The notes beneath the pieces were generated by a model. That model saw nothing but the letters and a program-made list of their open reading frames with translations, was not told the origin of the DNA and did no database searches. A stretch of 64,000 nt of DNA from assembly GCA_020137815.1 (NCBI GenBank), contig CM035351.1, positions 6,696,001-6,760,000 of the forward strand. The letters are read 5' to 3'. How positions within the stretch are numbered: position 1 is the first letter of the stretch; the number at the start of each line of letters is the position of its first letter. The position numbers were made by a program, and so were the translations under genes. Positions 24,663 through 54,908 of the stretch are shown here, in pieces. The DNA is from Hormiphora californensis. Lineage: Eukaryota > Animalia > Ctenophora.

Positions 24663-26540
24663 CCCCCCCCCCTTAAAATTTCACAGGTACCAAACTTTGC
24701 TGTTGCAAACATGATTTGTACAAACAAGTAAGGTTTCGTTAGCGCTTACCAGCGCTATAGTGCACCTACCTTGTTTGTAGGTACAGCTTTCAACACAAAT
24801 TCTTAGATCCATATCCACCTCACAATCAGCGTGATAACTTTCGCTTTTCCTTCATTTCCAGTCTGGCGGCGCTCAGATGGGGAATGCGCCGCCAGAGTGA
24901 CAGTATATTTCTAGTTTGCTCCTCATCCATTCCTAGCTCTAGATCCTTTCACAGCTTATGTACGGACATACACACGCACAAACGAACAACCCAGGATATA
25001 TTTTTAGAGAGAAAGTAAGAAGATAAGATAGAGATAAAATAGAGAGATAGATAGAGATTATACACATATCCAGGATCATCATATAATAACACTCTCTCAA
25101 ATAATACAGTTTTTGTTGTTGTTGTTGTAACACGTTGTTTGGCAAATAGTAATTCAAAAGTCATAGACAAACACACACATGATACATATCATACCCAAAA
25201 CAAAATCCTGAGAGAGAGGTTTCTCTCTCTCTCTTCTGCCGCACTAAAAGATCAGGGTCTCTCTTTCCCCCCGCATTATATAAGATACTAAAACTTCCAA
25301 TTGCTAGATACGGCTGCTGCAGCAGGACCATTTAAAACCTTACACTCTGTAACAAAATACAAGTGTTCTGAATTTCCAAGATATTTCAAGGCTAAACCTA
25401 CATCACAGATTTTGATGTACCTCTACATGGTATCCATCAAGTCGGTAAAACATGTCCAAATTAGGACATGCCCATATACGGAAACTAACCTAGAAACACG
25501 AACATGTAAAGCACTACCCAAGCCATTAACATGATTAAGTTAGGGTTATACCTCACGCACGTGTGTTTTGTTAATTCATGTACAACCTACTAAAGCTGGA
25601 ACTAACCCAAAATAAACCTTATCTTACTCTTCTTTTCGGCTCATATATATTAGAAGACCCCAAATACAAAAAACAAACAAAATTTTTACTAAAAACACTG
25701 ATCAAAAACGCAGTTCTTAGCTGGACCGGCCACTCTCTTACACAGACACACTGTCTCTTAAAAGTATCACTCACTCTCAGCACTGTCAGCCTTTATATTT
25801 TCTTTCGTTGACATACTCACAGTTCACATACTAACACACACACAAAGAGAGTCCTAGTAATAACTAAAGGAGATCATCCCCCTCTTGGGAGGAGGAGGAG
25901 GGTGGAGGAGGGTGGGGTACCATCACAGGGAATCCTGACTACTAGACGGGCTACCTACAGGGAGAGAGAGAGGTTAGTGTTAGAACTATGTAGGTTGATA
26001 CATAACAACACGATCAACTAATAACATACATACCACTGTCTTGAGCGCTGGCCAGTGTACCGCTATTGTTAGTTGGAGATGAGAGGGTGTAGTGGTTCTC
26101 CCCATTCCCACTACCCCGATAATCGTACGGTGGTATGGGACTGGTGGCGGTCGCTAACCACTGATAGTAACTGGGAAGGTCCTCTGCAGTCACCAATACC
26201 AAGTCCCGCTGGTGTGCCCATACCGTGGAACCTAGTGCAGTAGAGTGTGTTATTGAGAGTCTAAATCATAGCATGTGTTGTCCTCTTCCACATACACTAT
26301 ACAGTAGGTATACTAAAATGAAAACTGCGTTCAAATAATCTTTTTCTCCCTCGAGCAAGGCACTGACAAGGGACAGCCATGTGTCTACCTGATTTTTCAT
26401 CCTGTGTCTGGACATTGTAGGTATCCTTCTCAACTACCTTTACATATCTGTTAGTTATTCTGTTCCGGTAAATGTTATCATCGGCTTCTGCAGGGGGGGG
26501 GGGATAGTTACAGTTACGGTTACGGAAACTTACCGAAACA

Positions 26541-34608
<8,068 letters not shown>

Positions 34609-35236
34609 ATTTCTTTACATGTTCTCTTAAAGGAAAAAGAAAACGGGTTAAATCTCCAAGCGGACAAAGATCTGCTTCAATTTGAACAGCACAAAAATGC
34701 TCGCACTAACTGGGTAATGATCCTTTGTTGCTCATTTCTCCGGCAGAGCGAGAGATATACATAGATGAAGAGGGAGAGAGAAAAGAGAGAGTGGTCACTG
34801 GTCAGTGGTGAGATAGAGAGAGGGGGATTACGGTGAGAGAACGCTTAAGGAAGACAGTGAATTTTAAGCGAGTTCCCACGATATGTAAATGCCGTGTGGC
34901 TAGTAACAACAGTCAGTTGAACAATGCAGACTAAAAGATGGTATTAAATAAAACATAATTGAGATGGGGGAAGTTGTAGATCATGGTTACGACAGGACTA
35001 CTTGCCTGGAAGGACAAGTAGCTAATTCAGAAGTAATTTAACCAACATTGAGGTTCAGTAGAATGTTTCAGGTATGATTTCCATGGAACAGAGCAACTTG
35101 AAGTGGGCTTTGACCTCACTGACATCTGTATCGCGATACAATGGTAGCGTTGCGGTCGCGGATCGCTGTGGCTTGGGCAGGGCAGAGGCATTATCTCAAA
35201 TCAGGGTTCAAGGGTATGTATTTTGGGATATTAGTG

Positions 35237-35419
35237 GTGCTCCGTCAAATTAGCCACCCACATGAAGCGTCGTCCAAAGTGTTGTCAACGACGTTTAAGA
35301 TGGACTCCACTGACATTGATTTTTTCAAGTCGGACTTAATTTTTTGCGTGTTTTTGACATCGTAGACAGTGGACAACGCTTTGAGCGACGCTGTGCGGCC
35401 GGCAAATATGACGGAGCAC
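35237..35419. mobile_element. Imperfect-palindromic MITE-like element
   Basis: GTGCTCCGTCAAATTAGCC vs GGCAAATATGACGGAGCAC at the ends; pairing continues inward (AGCGTCG..AAAG.GTTGTC / GACAAC.CTTT..CGACGCT). Confidence 0.6.
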
Positions 35420-37006
35420 TACTCTTAGACAGAGATGTAAGGGTACAAGCGGGGGAAGGCTGGTGCCATGATAGGTATCACAGTTTAAAATCAAAAGTCT
35501 TGAAACTTTTGAGTTTTTGAAAAGAGTGACGTCCGCGTCGCGAAAATATGAATCGCGATTTTTTTCCTATTTTTTATAAACGCGCATTGTGCCGCGCAAA
35601 AGTAGTATTTTAGCGCGTTTTACTATTTGCGCGTGTCTTCAGTGCGCGTCAAATGATAGCAATAGTGTCGTTTCCTCTCAAGAAAGCGCGATGTGCGATG
35701 CTCTCCTTTGTAGACCATGTCGCATCACAACACACAGTTTTTGGAGTTCTGCCAGGATGACTTCCACATCCTGTAGAGGCCTGTGACAGTGCCGTGTGTG
35801 TGTATCAGTATGTATAGGACACACCCATGACATATGTAGTGTTTCCATATAGCTATGCACAGCTCATACGGTTTGTGTAATCGCCAAACGATTTGCACGA
35901 CTCTGAATTCGGAGAACTACCTAATTAGTAATTTGTTGGCATGTTCCTTGCCTGTCAGCTCTCACACCGGGCCGAAGGCCCGGTGTGAGCTTACGCGAGC
36001 CCGAGGCGCTTAAAGTGCCGAACAGACAGACGCGTAGCATGGCAAGTAATTTGTAGAGAAATGATAAGCATTCATTAACATGTTTAAACTTTTATGATTA
36101 AATAACAGAGATTCGATAAAAATTAAAAGAAACTTTCACAGCTCGTTTGACTTAACATATGGAAAGAGAGAAATACATTTTGAATGTATGTATGTCACCA
36201 AAAACACTCTGATGACTAAACAGTTGCATTATTGAATGTATTACACATGTAATAGACACATACTCAGTTTGAAATAGGCTCTGCCCAAAACTATTAATAT
36301 TGAAAAAAAAAACCAACAGATCTTCGATCATTTTTAAGAAAAACTCCCAATCAATGGGGACCATATCTTCTGAAAAAAGTTAAACCGGTTTGAAATATAT
36401 TTTTAAACATGCTCTTTTTTAACAAATAATATTCCTCTCTGCATGCATAGTACCCACTAAGGTTTGATATCCCAGGTTTTTGTGAAATTCCTTGATTCAA
36501 GGTGAAGTTAGGAGTGGAACAGTAAAGAGATGGCATACACCATCTTTAACTGAGTCACTCCCAGGCCTTCCACTACTCCCATGCAGCTGCAGGTGAGTAT
36601 GGACAGTCCTGAACCCGCGGCCAGCGGTAAACATCACTGAACACGAGTTAAAAAAAGAAAACGCTAACAAATCCTCCAGTATTCTGAGTGTGTGCGTGTT
36701 ACTCATGAATTGGCATGCACATCACTCAGAGGACAATGGAAACTGAAAACTGAAAAATAAAATCATGAAACCAACATTACCCCTTAATTTTTAATATTTT
36801 CACCACTTGTCTGACTCTGACAAGGTAAGGTTGGTTTCTGACAAAATGGGTTAAAACCCCAGTCCATAACAACAAAGAGTTCAGTCAATGTGATAGGGTC
36901 CATATGTTCTTCAGGGCCCGTAACCTCAACTGAGTACTGCAGACGATCTGTACAAATATTATGACAGTGTTTATGGCGCATTGTCCACATATCAGATTAT
37001 GTCTCA

Positions 37007-40000
37007 TCAGAATTGGAGATCCCAACCATTATCCTTTACCATGTGAACAGTTTCAATGATAAACTTGCCCTCCTTGTACTTTTGACTTCGTTCAAACGCA
37101 AACTCCTGCAGCGAAAAGTGGGTGTTATGGTGGGTGTGATCAATGATCCAGATTATTAAAAGTTTGATGTTTTAGAGAAAGAGCTGTATTTTTAATGGCA
37201 AATATATTACTGTGATCTAAGATAGTAATGTATGATTATCATGATTTTATGCTATACATGCAAAGTTTTACAATGTATATTATTGTGGATGATCAATACA
37301 TTTGAGGAAATTAAAAGAGTATGGGATGATCATATCGGCTGAAGAAAGTTAATTCCTCTCCCGCTACACATTTTATAATTCTCTCCTTCTCCCTTTCATA
37401 ATTATATCCTTCTCTCTTTCTCTCTGTTTCTCTCTAGTTTCGCCGCCATTCACTTCCGGTTGCAATTCAAAGGTCAGTTAAATTACGTTAACTTAATGAG
37501 ATAATGGATATAACGCCTCACTCTCTCCCTCCTCCTTTTTATCTCATCATCTATTTCTTTCTGATGATATGTCAGATCTTCTCTCACCCCAATAACTTAT
37601 TGTTGAGTGGATCAACAAATATAACTTACATATTTCCATCCCAGGACAGTCTGACAGTTGGCACAAGAGATGTCTGCCACACTGTGTCGACCTGTTAACA
37701 GTATCCTCTCTTCAGCAGGTCCAGTCTTGATGTTAACCCTGCGGGGGGAATGAACATAGTACAGTAAGGGGTTAGGGAGGGTGGGGTTTTTATTTTACTG
37801 TTAGGGGGGAGAGAGATAGAGAGATGAACCACGCCTAAGGGGTGCTGCTGCATATGAGTGTTGAAAAGAGGGGAATAACGGGCCTTCCGTGGGGGCGTTG
37901 GGAGATATAGAGAAAAGAAACCTAGCATGCCATGCTTGTTGCAATCTAACTGTCAGACATCCCAATCTGGTCTATTTTTAACTTTTACCGGTAATATCGA
38001 GCCCATTCCCAAGCTCTCATTTCTCGCAAGCACAGTTCTGTCATATATATAGGAGAAAATGAGATTGAGAAATATACAGGGAGGCAGAGCGAGAGTTGTT
38101 GCCTAGCATGCCGGAATGATCGAGCCCACCAGAATTACCGATCATTCATCCTAATATCCTGTTTCTCTCTCGCTCTTTATTTTTTTCGTTCTCCTTTCTC
38201 ATAATATTTTGTCTCTCCCCTGCTCACGACTCTCTCTCTCATTCTCAGTCTCATCGACTCCTCAAGTGTACCAACACACATAATATGCTGATCAATTCAT
38301 TTCATTTATTAGCTCGCGGTTTCGCAATCTTTCTCTGTCTTTCAGCTGTCTATGCTCTGTCATAAACCTCTTTATACCATACTTGATGGGGGGGGGTGCA
38401 TGGTATGAAGCTGAAGGAGAACATGAACAGTATTGAGATGTATCACTCTCTGCACTGATGTAGAAATGATGGTGATTGGTGAAAATGTATTGACGGAAAT
38501 ATACTGACATAAAATACAAAGACAGGTGCACTGCTTTGAAATTCAGAACAGGTGTACAAACTGGACCACGCCCCAGAATTCACACCATCTCTCTCCCAGT
38601 TTACCATTCAGTATTATCTCTTTCAAGATTGTATACATTTCCCTATTCCTCCGCTTCCTATGAGGCGAATATTTAGAACTTTATATGGGATATGTATCTA
38701 GCAACATGGTACGGGATATTATCCTCTATCAAGAACATATCTTTGGGACTAAAGAAAGGAGAATGGATAGAGAGAGTGCAATAATATCCTGTGTATGTAG
38801 TTGTAGAGAGGGATAGAGAGGAGGAGGGAGGGAGAGGGCGTATGACACAAGTCAAGGCTCCCTTTCTTTACAATTACACCAATGCACTGGTCTACTACAT
38901 CGAGATAGAGAGAGAGGGGAGCCGGAAAGAAATTGAAGAAGAAGGGGTAGGAGAGATAACATGAATAAATATGAAGATAAAAAAGAAAATAAACCAAAGA
39001 GAATAAAGACGTAGCTAAAAATAGAAACTTCGTATCGTCATGACGACTTTTAGCCTTTAGGCAGTAAAATTTAGTATTGCATTATTATTTTTCTCATTTA
39101 AATTTTTAAAGTAAAATGAGATCATGGGATTCTAATGAATAAGAAATATACATGGCTGACATGACGGTTTCTTAAATAATGAATATATTCCGATACATGT
39201 TAATAAACATTTTATGAGCCCGCTTCAGCTTCATTAGCAGCATGAATATGTATCTTTGTATGTAACACTGTTCCAATCTCATGACATTATGAGAGATGAG
39301 AGTACGTGATATTACAACGGCTTGCTCATTGAGCCTTCCTGATTCCTTATAATCACATACATAGTAGAAGGGTCAATTCTTTATGTCAAACGGCTGGTAT
39401 AAGTAATGATAATATACCATTCGGCTTAGCTACAGATATTCTCCTCCCTCTCTAAACTATTTCCTTTTCTGACAGCAATTAATAACAGTCGGTGTTATTA
39501 ACTAAGACATTAAATAAAATAACAATACATCTCTTTTTCGATATTGTGACACTTGTAGAAACTTGTGATAACTTGTTGTTAACGGCGACTTATCCAATTA
39601 AAATTCTACCTGTGTTTTACAAGCACAATATGTCCCTAAAAACTCTCCGTGTCGCTATGAAGGGGTGTGACAGTGTGACATTGTGTAATTGGCAACAGCA
39701 GCTGGGGCGCCACCCAAATTTCACTAATTGCAGGCACAATTATGAATAGTCTCGTGAGCAATGAGGGAGAGATGGAGAGAGAGGTGGAGAGATAAATAGA
39801 GAGATATTAGAGAGAGAGAAATAGATGGAAAGATAGAGAGAAAGAGAGTGCTGATGAGAGGGAATTGGAAAGACATGCCATATGGGTCAAAGTGTGGGAT
39901 TTTTAATTTTTTGAATGACAGCCAACACTTACACGTCGTTAAATAGGTAGGCTCTTCCCTGACTTCCGTGGAATGACTGAGGAGGAAAGAGAATTAACGA

Positions 40001-40728
40001 TCAGAATCTTTTACAATTATACCAAATTAATTATAAATTATTCATGGTTAACGGGATATGTTCTATGGAATATCTTTAGGAAATGCTACTGACACTATAT
40101 TGTCATTGTGGAGGACATGCACTGAGGGTGTGGGTCTTGCAGGACAATAGAACATGTCTAGAGAGGTGCATTGTTCACTTGTTTTACAATAGTTTACACA
40201 TAATGAATAATAGATTGATCCTGAATGAATAGGATGGCTCAGTGGCGCAAAATGGCATGGCTTCCCCCTGTAAATCGGTAAATCTACTGATATTGTATTG
40301 TCACAGTCAGTACTGCAGTAAAGGTGTATAATATGTGTGTGGTGTGTACAATTATACAGCTTGTACAATGATGAATGACCCCCTGCATAGCTCTCATATT
40401 GTTGATCAAACTACACACATGGTTAGAACACACGTACAAAATACATCACTCCTTGCTGACCCCAGAGACCTCTAAATCTGTCAGTTATGATTTAGAATTT
40501 AGACAATCCAAATCCATATAAAGCACAATTACACATAACATACACCACATATCTCTCTGAGTAATGGCCAGTAATACACCCTACCTTAGAGATGATGTCG
40601 TTGTGAAATGCCAGGTGTGCCTGACAGTATACACAGCAGTATATCTTGTTCACATTGGGCAGGTAATCCCGGTAAAACTTGCCAGAGGAAGACCCCTCCC
40701 TGTCACTGTCAAGCCGTTCTCGAGACAT
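37007..40728 (-). CDS. YPEL: Yippee-like protein (YPEL1-4 type), 4 coding exons, ~131 aa
   Basis: Exons 40728-40585, 39976-39933, 37738-37630 and 37105-37007 give ..[98 protein letters not shown], the Yippee signature with two CxxC motifs. Confidence 0.95.
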
Positions 40729-42080
40729 CCTCTCCACCTCCCGCCGGGAAAACCCAAGAATTCTCTGTGCTGATTCCAGCATCCAAAACATAACCAGTGA
40801 TAACTGTATAGAATATGATTCAGGGTTAAAATGTGCAACCTAGATAACAGTATGAATGAATCGATTAATACAAACATTGCCTAGGCTTCTAGAATTAGAA
40901 AGTTGAAGCTATAAAACATGAATATTAGAGTTTAGAAATGGCAACGTTGCACGAAAAGAGACCTTCTAGAATACAGACCGATACATTATAAACGGGAGAT
41001 TGGAGAAGTTACCAGAGACAGCTGAAACAAGAGGAACTCAACTGACGTCAGAAAGCTACTCATTACTAGTCTAAACTTGAAACTCTAATTCTAAAGTCTC
41101 TTACAGTTTCAACATAGCTTTCAACTATTAACACACTACATGGTAACATATAAAACAGGCGTGTTTTCAACTGATTAAACTGCACGTGAGGCAACACTGT
41201 TAACACACGGCCCGGTTCAGATAGTTAGTACTCGCCTAGTGAAGCCACCGGAAAGTAGGTTCTCTCTCTCTCTCAATCGGATCTCAATTCTCTGAGTGCA
41301 TGTAAGCCATTAGCATGTGTATGCTCATTCGCGGTGGGGGGGGGCACACAAACATGGCAGGCTTCCTCTCTTCCCTACACAGAGACTTGCAGCAGTAAAG
41401 GCCATCTCTGACAAAATCACATGGTTTATCCAACGCGACTTTTACGAATTTCAACCTTTGATCGCGCGCGTTTGATCGACTGCGCGCGCCCAGAAATGCT
41501 AAATAAATGCGCGCTCTTCTCCGCAAACAATCGTGAGTTGTGATCCAGCATGTCGAGAGAGATGGTTCATGTGGGTTTCGCGCCGTTTCCGTTCCACCTT
41601 CTCCTTGATTTTTTGCCGACCGATAGCAAATAAAAACACTGACATTTTCATAGATAAACGAGTTATTGCAACAGCATTTGACATTATTAATTCACGACGA
41701 CAAACTGATTCTACGACAGTCGCAAGGCTTATGACAGTAATATATTATAGAACATTCAATGCCGTCTTACATTACATACGGGGTAAAACATTGTAAAACC
41801 TCAAACCATATCCATTCTGTGTTGTACTTTCAATTTGTACTAAAATAAAGATTATATTTCTTTCTCTCTTCAGTAAATTTAACAGTTTGCCTATAATTAT
41901 CACCTTGTCAATTATAATTGTCCCATTACACTTGTGTAATTACAGAATATAACACGGGCCAGAGATTGCATGTGTACATAATTTTATTATACAGAATGTG
42001 GGGGGGGGGGGTGAATATAATTGAAAAATAAATTATCAAAGTCGGTTTAAACTGCGAATTAGGGGGGTAGAGGAAAGTTG

Positions 42081-51858
<9,778 letters not shown>

Positions 51859-54284
51859 CTACAATCATGGACCTTCATAGCTACAGGTCACACAGTGGTG
51901 TGTCAGTGTGTGTGTTGTTTTGGAATGCCGCCAACGCATGGCAAAACAAGTTAATATGCGCGCGCAGTTCACTCAATGCTGGACGCGCTGTCGTCAGTAC
52001 AGAAACCCCCTATTTCTGCTAGTTCATGTTGCGCTTTTTGCAAATGTGTCCCACATCAGAGCTGTTCAAAAATGGCGGCGCGGGAGACATCGCCCTGGAT
52101 AACAATTCATCATAAACTGAACAACGTAACTGCATAATAGTTTTCGAGCAAGCAAAGGTGAAAAGGGAAACTAAAACGAAGCGAGGTATTCTTGAATGAC
52201 AACTTATGACGGAACGATAGGGCTGTCGAGAATAGTCTATCGGGGCAAAATGGGCAAACAAAATAACACACTTACACTTAACCAAGACGCAATTAACTTT
52301 ATCTTCTCCATATCATGCCATTCTATAATATGAGAGACAGGGTTAGTAAAGGTTTAACAATGTGAAATGATTGTACGTCATCAAAAGTGCGACAACGAAA
52401 TGAGACAAAAGGTTGTGATTTACACATTTCAAGTAGGCAAGTGGAAGAAAAAAGATCGGGGAGAATGGAAAGAAAATACGAGAATTAAGAAATGGCACTT
52501 CGATGTTTCAGGGACGATCAAAAATCAAAAATAGCAAAATTATCAATCATCGATAACTACTCCTTCCGATCGTTCCAATTTTGCTACATTTGTTTGAACA
52601 TGATCTCAGAACACACTGCAAAAAGTTAGGATCACAAAAATTTGATTGTGATTTGTGATGAAACTTGGTACAGTTGTGCTGATTTATGTGGCTCATATCG
52701 TCATATTATCTCATAGAATGACGTGCTCTGTGAGGGTTCGGTTGCCTAGCTAGACTGTGTTTTACAAATGTAAAGAAGGGTTAGAACATATGTAACAAGG
52801 GTTCGGTAGAGCAAGTTGGACGAAGAGTTCTCAAACCGTTCTCTCGCAATCAGTGACCCCAGTGGATAAAACGAAATGCCCGGGGTAGTAAGTTATGAAT
52901 TTGACCTTGGAACCCAGAATCAATGTTAAAAAACACCGGTCAGTGGCCAATACACTTCGAAGTTTCGGCCTTTCTGGACCCATCCATTTTATAACTAGTA
53001 GGCCAGATGTCAGGTGGTTACCAGGCCGTGATTACACGAGTCGGCAACCAATCAGTAATGCACCCTAATCCCCCCAATTCAGTAATGCCCCATAATCCGT
53101 CCACTGTCCAGTACACATGGCAATACCACGGCCCGTTATCTTCTTTCATCAGGGCAGAAGCAGGGACTTACCTCCGGAAAGTAGTCAAAAGTACGCAATT
53201 GCCTTTATATATGAACAAACCGTGAGAACTGCTCTTATTATTACGACAGTCAACAACTCATTCAAACTTTACTGCAGACTATAACATGTACATGAAATGT
53301 CTTCACTCTTGATAAACCCCAGAACACTTTCACCAGCTAAGATTCTAGATAAAACAAATAACAGCGTTTGTTGGCTAAGGACGGGACTTGAGACTGAGAC
53401 TTGTGACATGCTGAACTTTGAATCCTATGCTAATATAAAAATAATAAAGTCAGTTTAAAACTTTTAACTATTTAATCAGAGCTACAATAGAAATGTCTAC
53501 ATTATATTTATATTCCTGAATTCTTTTGCTTTTTTCGAACCTGTCTCACCGCACCCCACACGGTGAATTAAATGAGGAGGGTTAAAACAAGATTCCTCTT
53601 AACTTGAACTGTTCGTACTGTCTCCGCGATCATTTGAGAGAGAATTGCCCCCGTTGAATCATTAATATCTCAGCGATAAATGCATCTTTTTAGGGCGGGA
53701 AAAGTGCTATACTACCTACAACAATTTTGTCCAATTATGTTTCTGTCCACTCTCACTTTAACTGTCAAAGCCTTTTGAAAGCTCTGAAACCACGACAATG
53801 AGTCCAGTCTACAGCGTTCCTTCGCAATCGGACACGCAACACGATATCAGTGAAACAAAACACAATTCTTCAGAGAGTTGTCCACTTGCTGAACAGCCTG
53901 CTAATAGCTATGAGGAACTGCGGAAATTTTGTTTGTAATGCGTGACCTGCTTCGTTTAGTCTCAGCCAAGAACAGTTTCGATGACACGCGATCCGAGTAT
54001 CATATCACCACTCATCAGTGCGTGTATGAGCTTTTTGGTTGGTCACGCAGTGCAAACCTGAAAAGTTATAAGGCTGTTCGGCAACTCTCCGAAGTCTGGA
54101 CCACCTTTTGATGGAAAAAACAATCTTTTTTGCGAAAATTAAAACAAATTTACAAATTTTTGAAATGTTTTGAAAAAAATCAAAAAATCTCCAAACAAAT
54201 TTCAAAGCACGAATTATAACGCGCGGCGTTCAATTGCAGCGCTTATTGAAAGTATGTAGCGCCGTGAAATTAAAAGTTTTTTAT

Positions 54285-54682
54285 ATGAGGCCCCTCGGAA
54301 ATGTTCAAGTCATGCACTGTAATATTTATTGTTTATTTGAGTGAGTGATTTTAAGATTTATTTATTTATTACTAACCCCAACACCGGGGGCAAATGATCG
54401 AACCCAATGTGAATGAGACTCATCGCGATTAACTCTTCATACGGTTACCCCCTTTCTCTCTTCGGCAGCTTCTCTTCGGCTGTCGGAAAGTGATGCCAAT
54501 CGGTGTTGGGGTTAGTGAATTTTCAAAAAAAAAAAAAAAAAAAAAAAAATTCAAGTCATGCACAATCAAGTCACGCCCACCAATCACAGCGCAGAACGCG
54601 CGAAGCACTCCGCGCGTTCTGAGCTGTGATTGGTGGGCGTGACTTGATTGTGCATGACTTGAACATTTCCGAGGGGCCTCAT
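54285..54682. mobile_element. MITE/fold-back element with perfect 33-bp terminal inverted repeats
   Basis: ATGAGGCCCCTCGGAAATGTTCAAGTCATGCAC (54285-54317) is the exact reverse complement of 54650-54682. Internal hairpin at 54550-54663 and second inverted repeat ACTAACCCCAACACCG/CGGTGTTGGGGTTAGT (54371/54516). Confidence 0.8.
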
Positions 54683-54908
54683 GCTTTGAAAATTTGTGTG
54701 GAATTTTTTCGCTTTTTGCAAGAGTGAAAGTTTTCCGCCCTGCGGCCGGCCCACTTATGTTTTGAATTGGGAATTGTTGGAAAGACCACACGCTTAACAA
54801 TATTTGACATGTCAAGTAGTGGTTTGCAATGTTTTTGTAGACAGAGAGGGGCGCAAACTGCTCCAAAAGTCTTCTTTACCTTAGATTTGTAACATGCGTT
54901 GTTATTTA

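Noticed and set aside
36497-36990. Short minus-strand ORFs downstream of YPEL
   Set aside because: No recognisable homology or coherent exon chain; may be 3' UTR or intergenic.
52960-53225. Short ORFs between CTDSPL2 and RALBP1 (including minus-strand EDNGPWYCHV, Ig-like pattern)
   Set aside because: Too short, interrupted by stops, no supported gene model.
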